Assembly (NCBI GenBank): GCA_963827655.1
Contig: CAWHCF010000031.1
Location: 128,001 to 192,000, forward strand
Origin: an uncultured Acidobacteriota bacterium
Lineage (GTDB): Bacteria > Acidobacteriota > UBA6911
Length of the DNA: 64,000 nt
Direction: 5' to 3'
Of the stretch, positions 50,651 through 60,374 are shown piece after piece. The position numbers and the translations under genes are program-made. Under the pieces are notes generated by a model, which did no database searches, was not told the DNA's origin, and worked only from the letters and a program-made list of their open reading frames with translations. Numbering within the stretch: the stretch's first letter is position 1; every line of letters starts with the position of its first letter.

Positions 50651-51256
50651 GGCCGAAAAACCGAGTATCCTGCTTCAGTCAAAGAGTTTGGGCTTGTGAA
50701 GGGGCGCGCTTCGGGCGCAATCGATGCCGGATTTTTTTCCTTGAATGAGCCGTTCGCGCTTCTCCCGGCCTTTCGTGCGCCAATGCTTGCTCCGAGGGCC
50801 CGAGCAAGATATCTTTTTCCTGATGGGTTATGGATTCGCCGGCTCTTCTTGTGGTCGCTATGGTGGCAAACGTCATCCAGTCCTTTCTGCCCTGACGGGC
50901 CGTGGGCGGCGTTGCTCAAGCTCGCAGTCGTTTTTCGAATCCGTCCACAGAGAAGGTTTCTTGCGACACGCGCAACCTGCGGAAAACGCTCCGGCGCTCG
51001 GCCGAAACGGATTCGAAATCTTAACCAAGGGCGAGATCCTTTACCAAGCCAAGCTGGAGGCGATCGATTATTGTTGGTTCGGGTCAAACCATGACGTCAG
51101 TCTTGCGATGCGGAGTTCGGAGCGGGAAGCGCGCCTCGAAGGGTGTCTCGCTCTCTTCCCGACGCAGAGCCGCCTGAGTTCCTGTCGGACCTGGCGGCGC
51201 CGCCCGCGTATTGAGCGGGTTTACGAGTGGCGCGCTTGGAATTTGGAACGACAGCC

Positions 51257-52033
51257 ATGAGTTTCCGAGCCGAGCGGTTGCGCGTAGCCACGTACAATGT
51301 CCATCGATGCCGGGGGCTCGACCGGCGCGTCCGTCCCGCTCGTATCGTCAAAGTCCTGCGCGAGCTTGACGCCGATATCATCGCGCTTCAGGAAGTCTGG
51401 AGCCGGGAAGGACCTTCACCCGATGCCGATCAGGTGCGGTTTATTGCCGAAGAACTGGGGCTCAACAGTTCGCTCGGAGAGAACCGGAGACTGCGCGGAG
51501 CCGCTTACGGCAACGTTGTCCTGAGCCGATTTCCGGTCAATCTGGCTCGCAACTACGACATAACGGTCAAGGGTTGTGAAAGGCGTGGGTGCCTGAGGGT
51601 CGACATTTGCTTGAATGATTCCGAGGTGCTTCATATTTTCAACGTTCACCTGGGGACCGCGTTGCTGGAGCGTCGCGCACAAGGTCGGAAGCTGATCGCG
51701 GCCGATATTCTGGCGAACGATGAGTTACAGGGACCCCGCGTCGTGCTCGGAGACTTCAACGAGTGGACTCGCGGGCTTGTTTCGCGCCTGATGGCCGCGC
51801 ATTTTGAGAGCCCCGACATTCGGCGCCACCTCCGGCGATCCCGCACCTATCCGGGAGTTCTTCCATTCATGCACCTGGATCATATTTATTTTGATCGACA
51901 CCTGATTCTTGAAAAGTTGATCCTTCATAGAAGCCGTACTGCGTTGATGGCGTCAGACCATCTCCCGCTCGTGGCCGACTTCGGCTTTCCCTCGACCAGG
52001 CCGGCCTCGGGAAACAATTCAGGACAAGATTGA
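51257..52033 (+). CDS. Endonuclease/exonuclease/phosphatase family protein (YbhP-like)
   Basis: 'VATYNVH', 'IALQEV', 'YGNVVLS', 'GDFNEW', 'LDHIY', 'ASDHLP'. Confidence 0.92.
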   Translation: MSFRAERLRVATYNVHRCRGLDRRVRPARIVKVLRELDADIIALQEVWSREGPSPDADQVRFIAEELGLNSSLGENRRLRGAAYGNVVLSRFPVNLARNYDITVKGCERRGCLRVDICLNDSEVLHIFNVHLGTALLERRAQGRKLIAADILANDELQGPRVVLGDFNEWTRGLVSRLMAAHFESPDIRRHLRRSRTYPGVLPFMHLDHIYFDRHLILEKLILHRSRTALMASDHLPLVADFGFPSTRPASGNNSGQD

Positions 52034-52134
52034 AGTTTCGGAGGTTCTTAGATTTCCAGTTTGTCTTCGAGGTTGGTTCTTGACGTGTAAACGAAGATTC
52101 GGAGACACTGCGCGAAGCATCTAGTGGGTGGCTT

Positions 52135-52569
52135 TTATCCGCCGCCGCCATCGGCATTGAAGTACGAAGTGATCGTGTTTACGCTGTCCTCGAGCTCCTC
52201 GACGAGGCTGTGCAAGAGATTCCGGATCGAGAGGATTCCTAATATCTTCCCCTGTTCGTCCACGATCGGGAGGTGCCGGATATGCCGGTCCATCATCAGC
52301 CGCAGCGCCTCGGTGGAGGACATGTCCGATCGGATCGACTCCACGTCCTTGGTCATTACGTCGGATACGAGTGTTCTATCAGGCGCGAGACTCTGGTAGA
52401 TTACTTTCTTCATCACATCGCGTTCCGAAAAAATCCCTTTGATCTCACCTTCTTCGACGATTGCGACCGCGCCCACGCCGTTTTCCACCATCGCTTTGAC
52501 CGCATCGGCCACCATAGCCTTGTGACCCACCGCGACGGGAGGGACGTGAGCTATCTTGACGAGATTCAT
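52135..52569 (-). CDS. CBS-domain protein
   Basis: AGGAGGAG RBS; 'GIFSERDV', 'VSDVMT', 'HIRHLPIVD'. Confidence 0.9.
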   Translation of the reverse strand: MNLVKIAHVPPVAVGHKAMVADAVKAMVENGVGAVAIVEEGEIKGIFSERDVMKKVIYQSLAPDRTLVSDVMTKDVESIRSDMSSTEALRLMMDRHIRHLPIVDEQGKILGILSIRNLLHSLVEELEDSVNTITSYFNADGGGG

Positions 52570-52691
52570 ACAACTCCTCCTGGCACGAGCCCTAAGAGCG
52601 GGCTCGTCCGCATTTGAGCGGGGGTGTTTGTTTTCATCTACTCACCATGCAAAGGCGATGACGAGGGGTTTCCACGCGGAAACGCCGCGCG

Positions 52692-53477
52692 CTAATACCA
52701 CTTTCTGATCCGAACCTCAATCTCCTTCTCTCCCTTCAAGGCATCGGCGAAGGCCTTGGGGTCCTGTCCCCGGTAGTGATACGGATAAACGATCATCGGC
52801 CGAAACGCCTTCACGCAATCGGCCGCTTCCTGAACGGTCATAGTGTACGGGAGGTTCATGCACAGGAATGCAATGTCGATTCTCTCCAGAGACTTGATTT
52901 CAGGAACGCATTCGGTGTCTCCCGAAAAATAAAGGCGCTTTCCTCCGATATCGAGCACGTAGCCGTTACCGCGCCCCCTGGTGTGGTAGAGCTCTCCCGG
53001 AGACGGGCCGCGGGTGAGATTGTACATTGGGACAGCCTCTATGGTCAGGGTCCCGCCCATGATCAAGCTCTTCTTCTCGCCGTTCCGGAGGATCTGCGCT
53101 TCCGGGATGGTCTTGGCCACCGCTTCCGGGGCGATGATGATCGTGTCGGTGTCTTTCACCGCTGCGATGCCTTTGAGGTCCATGTGATCGGGGTGAATGT
53201 CGGTTATCAAGATGAGATCTGACTTGGCCAGCCCCGAATAGTCCCCCTGACTCCAGGGATCGATATGGATCTCCTTGCCGCGCCACTCGAGCATGACGCT
53301 GGCGTGCGTGATTGGAATGATCTTCAAGTTGCCGGAGGCAGTCTTCTCTATATCTATTTCTCGCGGCTTGCTACTCGATTGGGTTTGCTGAACGGATGCG
53401 GGCAGTAAAAAGCATGCGGCGAATACGAACAGGGCGAACAAGGCAGATAGTGATTTTGGAGCATGCATGATCTTCAT
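52692..53477 (-). CDS. Exported MBL-fold metallo-hydrolase
   Basis: Signal peptide; 'ITHASV', 'IDP', 'TDIHPDH', 'SGDT', 'YPYHY'; start uncertain (53468-53495). Confidence 0.88.
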   Translation of the reverse strand: MKIMHAPKSLSALFALFVFAACFLLPASVQQTQSSSKPREIDIEKTASGNLKIIPITHASVMLEWRGKEIHIDPWSQGDYSGLAKSDLILITDIHPDHMDLKGIAAVKDTDTIIIAPEAVAKTIPEAQILRNGEKKSLIMGGTLTIEAVPMYNLTRGPSPGELYHTRGRGNGYVLDIGGKRLYFSGDTECVPEIKSLERIDIAFLCMNLPYTMTVQEAADCVKAFRPMIVYPYHYRGQDPKAFADALKGEKEIEVRIRKWY

Positions 53478-53553
53478 CCGATTGTGTTCCGTCAAGCCAT
53501 CGAGAAGGGCGGGGCGAGCATATCGATCGCGGCTTCGAGCCGCGAAGACTTCT

Positions 53554-55353
53554 TCAGTCTACCATTGAACTTGATCTCAGTACTCCCTTTCCTTCACGAA
53601 TCGTCAAGATTGTATTGACGGGAAGATTCTCGAAGCTTTCTCTCCGCCCGCCGGTCCACAAGATTTCTACTTTGTCGACCCGGGTCGCGGTTTCGAGTCC
53701 GAAGTGAAGCCGCAGATCGGAATGAGAAGCGAAGCTGCCGCCGCTCATCACATCGACGCGCTGGCGGCGCCCGTCCGCCGTGAGGTAAACCGTTGTCCCG
53801 GTTGCATCACGAGGGCTCCCGTTTTCGCCGATCAGCCTGAGGAGAAGCCAGTTGTTCTTTCCAGCGGCTTCGTTGTGCAGCACAACCGGCGCCCGATCGA
53901 TGCAGTTCATGACGACGTCGATGCGACCGTCATTGTCCAGGTCGCCGAACGCCGCGCCGCGCGCCGGTACGACCACGGCCAGCCCGCTGCCGGTCGCGGG
54001 AGGAACCGTCTCGAAGCGGGACCCTTGCAGATTGCGAAACAGCTGGGGTCGCTGGGCCCAGGTTGTGCCCCAATCGTACTGGTCCACACCGGGATAGACA
54101 TGACCGTTGGCAACGAAGAGATCTTTGAACCCATCATTGTCGAAATCCAGAAAACCTGTGCCCCAACCGAGAAACGGAATCGTGGGCTCGCGCAAGCCCA
54201 GTGCAGCCGTGGCATCAGTGAAGAAGCCGTTCCCCTCGTTACGATAGAAGGTATTGTAGTCGTCGGAGAAATTGGTCAGGTACAGGTCGAGGCGCCCGTC
54301 ATTGTTATAATCTCCCACGGCTATTCCCATGCCGGCCTGCTCGCGGCCGTGTTCGTTGAATGCGAATCCCGACGCGTAACTGATGTCCTCGAAGGTGGCC
54401 TCTCCTTTATTGCGATAAAGATAATTAGGAGTGGAATCGTTGACGACCAGCAGATCGAGCAGCCTGTCGTTGTCGATGTCCGCCCACGCCGCGGCGAAGC
54501 CGTAAAGGCCCGCCTTATCGCTCACGCCGGCTCTCTCCGAGATTTCAACGAAGGTACCGTCTTTCCGGTTGAGGAAGAGAGCATCGCCGGTCCCCTTCAG
54601 TCCGCGGGGACCGCACATGACCGTCTTGCCACGGAACTCGCAGAAACGGTTTTCTATCGCGCCGAGACTTCCAGGCTCCGGAGGGTGCTCAGGATCGAAC
54701 TCCAGGTAGCGACAGACGAAAAGGTCGACGTAGCCGTCGCGATTAAAATCGCCGAAAGTTGCCGCGGTCGACCAGCCGCCCAGCAACACTCCGGCTGAGG
54801 CGGCTACGTCTGAGAAGGTTCCATTGCCGTTATTACGGTACAGTCGATTGGGACCGAAATTAGTAACATAGAGGTCAAGGTCCCCGTCGTTGTCATAGTC
54901 TGAGACCGCAGCGCCGAAGCCCCAGCGCTCGTTAGCCACGCCGGCCTTCGCGGTCACATCGGTGAAGGTTCCGTTGCGGTTGTTCCTGTACAGGGCCGCT
55001 TTAGGCGCCGGCTCCTTCCCCTTCAGCGCCTCGAAGGTCGAACCGTTAACCAGGAAGATATCCAACCAGCCGTCGTTGTCATAGTCGAAGAGGGCCACTC
55101 CTCCGGAGGGGACTTCCAGAATGTATTTCTTCTCCGGTCTCCCCGATCGATGTCTGAACGCCGCCAATCCAGAAGAGACTGTCTTATCGACAAAAACCAC
55201 GGGCGCGCCGTCGACGAATCCTCCTGCTGTGATAGGGCGGTTCAGGCTATCGCGCACAGGCGCGGATGCGCCTCCCGTGACAACACCGCCGCGCTCCTGG
55301 GGGAGGACCGGCATGACCATCAATACCAACGCGATCGTAAGGAACTTCTTCAT
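53554..55353 (-). CDS. CRTAC1-family FG-GAP repeat / ASPIC-UnbV protein
   Basis: Repeated DxDNDGxxD motifs, 'LYRNN.NGTF.DV', C-terminal 'GGSFASHSD.RLHFGL'. Confidence 0.93.
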   Translation of the reverse strand: MKKFLTIALVLMVMPVLPQERGGVVTGGASAPVRDSLNRPITAGGFVDGAPVVFVDKTVSSGLAAFRHRSGRPEKKYILEVPSGGVALFDYDNDGWLDIFLVNGSTFEALKGKEPAPKAALYRNNRNGTFTDVTAKAGVANERWGFGAAVSDYDNDGDLDLYVTNFGPNRLYRNNGNGTFSDVAASAGVLLGGWSTAATFGDFNRDGYVDLFVCRYLEFDPEHPPEPGSLGAIENRFCEFRGKTVMCGPRGLKGTGDALFLNRKDGTFVEISERAGVSDKAGLYGFAAAWADIDNDRLLDLLVVNDSTPNYLYRNKGEATFEDISYASGFAFNEHGREQAGMGIAVGDYNNDGRLDLYLTNFSDDYNTFYRNEGNGFFTDATAALGLREPTIPFLGWGTGFLDFDNDGFKDLFVANGHVYPGVDQYDWGTTWAQRPQLFRNLQGSRFETVPPATGSGLAVVVPARGAAFGDLDNDGRIDVVMNCIDRAPVVLHNEAAGKNNWLLLRLIGENGSPRDATGTTVYLTADGRRQRVDVMSGGSFASHSDLRLHFGLETATRVDKVEILWTGGRRESFENLPVNTILTIREGKGVLRSSSMVD

Positions 55354-55429
55354 TGCGCGAGTCGCCAGCAAGCAGGGGCCAACATTCGGAGTCATTTTAC
55401 GCCACTTCTGCGGGATCGCAAATCAGGCT

Positions 55430-55601
55430 TCGCGTTTCTTTGTGTCACTTGCTGGCGTTTCCTTGCTTTTTGGGCACGATTCTTGGTGTTTCTTCGTGTC
55501 TTGGTGTCCTAGTAGGTATTTCGCAGCCCTAACCACAAAGACACGGAGACAATTCGGTTGCGGCCTCACGGCTGCGTTGTGTCTTCGCGTCTTTGCGGTT
55601 G
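55430..55601. repeat. Family C composite repeat between divergent genes
   Basis: 'TTCTTGGTGTTTCTTCGTGTCTTGGTGTCCTAG..TATTTCGCAGCCCTAACCACAAAGACACGGAG...GGTTGCGGC...GTCTTCGCGTCTTTGCGGTT'. Confidence 0.75.
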
Positions 55602-55734
55602 CTCGAAAAAACTGCTTGTCCGCGGAGTCGGTCCGGCTTAATCTGCGAGAAGTCGAAGCCGCCACCTTCAATCTTGCCCCGCGGCGCGAGACCACAATGG
55701 GCTGGCAGCCGCAGGGCGCCCGGAAAGGCTCTAT

Positions 55735-58700
55735 ATGGGTCTCGCCAAGTTATCTCCCATCTGCTTCTGCCTGGCTGCCACGTTGAGCTGGGCCCAGAGT
55801 CAGTTCGCGACCGTGAACGGAACCGTTACCGACGCGAGCGGTTCGATCGTGCCCGGCGCCGTTATCCGCGTGGTCAATTTACAGACCGGCGAGAACTGGA
55901 GCGCGATCAGCAATGACAGCGGAAACTACGTCTTCCCCCTGGTCAAGCCGGGCGTGTACCGTTTGACGGCGGAGCAGACCGGCTTCAAGCAGTCGGAGCA
56001 GACAGGCATTGAGCTGGAAACGGGAATGCAGGTTCGCATCGACGTGAAGCTGGAGATCGGGACCGTAAGCGACCGGGTCGTCGTAGAGGCGGCCGCACCA
56101 CTACTGCAGTCCGAGAGTTCGGCGGTGGGCGCCGTGGTAGAGAATCGCACCATCATCAACATGCCGCTGATCGACCGGCGCGCGGCACAGCTGGCGCGGC
56201 TGAACGGCTTCGTCGTTCAGGTAGGCACCGGCTCCAACTTCACCATGGCCGGCGGCCGAGGGCGACAACTCGATGTGGCTCATCGACGGCGGCAATGCCC
56301 AGAACGTGCTGCTCGGCGTTCAAACCCTGACCTTCGACCCGCCGATCGAGTCGCTCCACGAGTTCAACGTCTCGATCAGCAACTATTCCGCGGAGCTGGG
56401 CCGCACCGGAGGGGGTGTCGTGCAGTTGACGACGAAATCCGGCACCAACCAGCTCCATGGCTCGGCTTACGAATATCTGCGGAACGATGCGTTGGATGCG
56501 CGCAACTTCTTTGCCGCCAGCAAACCGAAGCTGCGCTACAACCTTTTCGGGGCGAGCGTGGGGGGGCCGATCCGGCAAGACAAGACGCACTACTTCTTCA
56601 ACTACGAGGGCCTGCGGGTGAAGAGCGAGGCCACACGGATTCTGAACATCCCCACTTCGGCCGAGGTGCGGGGAGACTTTTCGGCGAGCGCGGTGGTGAT
56701 CCGTGACCCAGCAGCGCCAGGGCGTCCGCAGTTTCCGGGAAACATCATCCCTGCGAGCCGCCTCGACCCGATCGGGATGCAGCTGGCGGCGTTCTATCCG
56801 GAGCCAAACGTCCCGGGCCGCCCCTCGGGCAGCAGTAACTTTCGCGCCAACCAGCCCACCAGCAATCCTGCCGACAGCTGGGTAGGGCGCATCGATCACA
56901 TCTTTTCCCAGAACGACCGTCTCTATGGTCGGCTCCTTGCCCGCACCAGCCGGAACGATGAATTCCCCATCTTCCCGACACCGGGAACCGACGAGTTTCA
57001 CCGCATCCGCGAGAATTCTTACTACAATGCCTCCGCCACCTGGTTCCACAGCTTCACGGCCAGGACCATCAATGAATTCCGGTTTACCTGGGACCGCCGC
57101 AAGTTCATCAATCGCACCGGGGGCGCGCTCTCGGGCCTCAACGGGCAGCTTGGCCTCAAGGGTGTTGATCCAGACTTCTTCCCGCGGATCACGATTACCG
57201 GCTTCAGCGGTCTGGGGAACACTTCCAATCAGGAGCGGCTGCAGGTCCCTATTCGAACCAACCACTACGCGGACAGCGTTAGCCACATCCGCGGGAACCA
57301 CCGACTCAAAGCCGGGTTCGAATGGCGTTCTGGCCTGAATGATGATCAGAACCGTAACCGTGCTGGAGGGGATTTTACCTTCAACGACGTCGCGACCGGC
57401 AGTTCGCTGGCTTCGCTGCTGCTAGGGTGGGTACAGCGAGGTGTGCGCGACGAGGCGCTCTTGATCCGAAGCCGGGCGGGCACGGCGGGCGCGTTCATCC
57501 AGGACGACTGGAAAGTGACCCCCACATTCACCCTGAACCTCGGGTTACGCTGGGATCTTGACCAACCGCGCTGGGAATCAATCGATAACCGTCAAAATTC
57601 TTTCGACCGGTTCGCCCTTAACCCTGTTTCCGGTACTCCGGGCGTGGTCACCTTCTCCGGCCGCAACGGCTTGAGCCAGTATGCCCACAATTTTGACAAA
57701 AACAATTTTGGCCCGCGCGTGGGTTTCGCCTGGCGAGTGCGCGATAACTGGATAATCCGCGGAGGAGGAGCGGTAGTTTTCCTGGGTGCTTACGATCAGG
57801 CCACGCCGCTGGTCGCAAACCTCGGCTTTAGCATTCAAGGGGACTTTCTTTCGCCGGACAACGGGCTGACTCCGGCGTTTCTGCTGCGGGATGGACTTCC
57901 CCCGATCAGCACGCCTTCGGAAGCCGATCTAACGCCAGGCTTCGGAGCGGTGCCAGCCGGTCAGAGTCCCAACGTAGCCGTGGAGTTTTTCGAGCCCGAC
58001 CGCGCCAACGGCTACATGGAGACTTTCAATCTGAACATCCAACGCCAGATCACGCAAAACTTCCTGGTTGAGATTGGCTATCTGGGAACGCTCGGCCACA
58101 AGCTGCCGGCGCCGGGCTCGCTCACGCTCAACCAGGTGCCTCTCGAGCTCATGGGTCCTGGCAACACGCAGGTCCGCCGACCCTTCCCTCAATTTTCGGA
58201 TGTCACGGTGCTGGCGCCGGGAGTCGGTAACTCCAACTATCACGGAATGAACTTCCGAGTGGAGAAGCGCAATTCGCGCGGATTGTATTTTCAGGCCAAT
58301 TACACCTGGTCACGGCTCATCGACGACGTCGAATCGCGGAATGAGCTGGGCGGGAGCGCAGGAAACGGTTACTCGAACTCTTACGACCGGCGCGCCGACC
58401 GCGGGCTGGCCGGTAATCACATTTCCCACCGTTTCATATGGAGCTCGATCTATGAGCTCCCGGTCGGCGCGGGCAAGAGGTTCGCTCCCGGGAACCGTAT
58501 CCTGAATGGCATGGTTGGAGGATGGTCCTTCGGGCTGATCGCCGAGTTTCGCACTGGCCCTCCGTACGGGGTCATCGAGCAGGTCAACCGAACCAATGCG
58601 TTTTCCCCGTCCCAGCGCCCCAACTTGCTCGGCGATCCTGAACTGCCGGGCGACCGCTCACGCGCCGAGGCAGTCGAGCGATGGTTCAACACCGGCGCCT

Positions 58701-58975
58701 TCGCCCAGCCCGCGCAGTTCGCATTTGGCAATGCCGGGAGGACCGTGGGCTACGGCCCCGGCGCCGTGATCATGGATCTGTCGATCTTGAAAGACTACCC
58801 GATCCATGAGGCGCATCGCCTGCAGTTACGCTGCGAAATGCTGAATTTTATCAACCACGCCAACTTCGGCCTTCCCAACCTGAATCGAGGCAGCCCAGCC
58901 TTCGGTCGAATCACGACTCTGATTGCAGGCAATGAGGCTCGAATCATTCAACTGGGATTGCATTACAAGTTCTGA
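55735..58975 (+). CDS. Oar-like TonB-dependent receptor with carboxypeptidase-regulatory N-domain; apparent +1 frameshift at ~56262
   Basis: 'GTVTDASG..VPGA', 'YSAELGR..GG...TKSGTNQLHG', 'FIQDDWKV...TLNLGLRW', 'NNFGPRVGFAW', C-terminal 'RIIQLGLHYKF'. Confidence 0.9.
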
Positions 58976-59102
58976 CCCGCCGGGAAGAGGACTTCGAAGT
59001 TTCAGGCAAAACGCCCGCCCCGGTGAAATACCTGGAGTCCGCGGCCATTGTCTGGTGGCGGCTTCGGGCCGCACTTGTTTTCAACTATCGAAGGAGGAGA
59101 AG

Positions 59103-60335
59103 ATGGCCGGACAAAACACCAATCGCCGATCGTTTCTGCGCACGGCGCTCATCGGTTCAGCAGCGCTGACACTCCATGAAAAGGCCAACGCCGAGCTCGC
59201 CAGGATGAAAATCACCCGGATCCGTTACTACGAATCCCCGATCAGCCGGCCCATATTCAACCAGAGCTTTCATGTGGTTACCGTCGAAACCGACAAGGGC
59301 ATTACGGGCGTCGGTGAAGGCGGCTCGCTCGACACGATCCGCCAGTGCGGCGCCCTCCTGATTGGCGAGGATCCCACCCGTATCGAACATCTGTGGCAGT
59401 ACATGTATCGCGCATACTTCTATCCCCCCGGCCGCGAGAAGATCCACGCTCAGGGCGCGCTCGATATGGCGCTGTGGGACATCAAGGGCAAGGCGCTCGG
59501 CGTGCCCGTTCACCAGTTGATCGGCGGGCTCACGCGCGACTACGTGGAGTGCTACTCCACCGGCTTTCCTTCCAAGGGCAGCCTGAAGGAAACGGCGCGC
59601 GCCTGCGTGGAAGCCGGCTTTCGCGCCTTTCGCACCTCTGTGGCCGACCCTGGTCAAGGCGCGGGGTTCGTCTCGCAGCAGATGGTGCGCAAGACGCACC
59701 AGAACTGCGCCGAGATTCGCGAAGGCGTGGGCAAGGACGGCGATTGGTGCATCGACTACCACACCCGGCTCGACTTGCCTGACGCTATTCGCTTGAGTAC
59801 CTTGATCGAGCCGCTCGAGCCCTACTTTGTTGAAGACCTTGTGCGCTCGGAGAACCCGGGCGTCTACAAGCAGGTTCGCGCGCAGGTTAAAGTTCCCATC
59901 GCCGTCGGGGAACACTTCGCCGATCGCTGGGAACAGAACGAGTTGATCGAGGGCCGCCTGATCGACTATGCCCGGGTGACGCTGCCCAACTGCGGCGGCA
60001 TCACCGAGTACCTCAAGATCTCCGCCCTGTGCGAGACCCACTACGTCGGCCTCACGCCGCATTTTACCGGCCCCATCGCCGAGGCGGCCCTGGTCCATGT
60101 CTGCGGATGCTTCTCCGGTCCCGCATTGATGGAGATGACCGGTGACGGGATGCGTGAGATTCCCTATCTGCCGCAAAAGTACGATTTCAAGAACGGGAAG
60201 ATGTGGCCCAATAGCCGTCCCGGACTCGGCGTCCAGGTCGACCTCTCGCGCCTGAAACTGCTCGCGGAGGTTACCGAGAAGTCCCAACCGATCCAGCTCT
60301 TCCGCAGGCCCGATGGATCGATCACTAACTGGTGA
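59103..60335 (+). CDS. Tat-exported mandelate racemase/enolase-superfamily (galactonate dehydratase-like) enzyme
   Basis: AGGAGGAG RBS; 'NRRSFL' twin-Arg; 'DMALWDIKGK', 'DYH', 'FVED', 'AVGE', 'PGLGV'. Confidence 0.9.
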   Translation: MAGQNTNRRSFLRTALIGSAALTLHEKANAELARMKITRIRYYESPISRPIFNQSFHVVTVETDKGITGVGEGGSLDTIRQCGALLIGEDPTRIEHLWQYMYRAYFYPPGREKIHAQGALDMALWDIKGKALGVPVHQLIGGLTRDYVECYSTGFPSKGSLKETARACVEAGFRAFRTSVADPGQGAGFVSQQMVRKTHQNCAEIREGVGKDGDWCIDYHTRLDLPDAIRLSTLIEPLEPYFVEDLVRSENPGVYKQVRAQVKVPIAVGEHFADRWEQNELIEGRLIDYARVTLPNCGGITEYLKISALCETHYVGLTPHFTGPIAEAALVHVCGCFSGPALMEMTGDGMREIPYLPQKYDFKNGKMWPNSRPGLGVQVDLSRLKLLAEVTEKSQPIQLFRRPDGSITNW

Positions 60336-60374
60336 GTACAGCCGGCCTCGCCAGCCCTACTCATCGGGAAGACG

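Noticed and set aside
50584-51260. Overlapping 160-170 aa ORFs between the PRC-barrel and EEP genes
   Set aside because: No motif or RBS support; probably a regulatory region or decayed sequence.
52669-52684. Palindrome GTTTCCACGCGGAAAC resembling parS
   Set aside because: Poor match to the 16-bp consensus; more likely a small hairpin after the MBL gene.
59157-60287. Long antisense ORFs (376 aa here; also 53704-54798, 56240-57301, 30607-31464, 17091-17861)
   Set aside because: Shadows of well-supported GC-rich genes on the opposite strand; no recognisable motifs.
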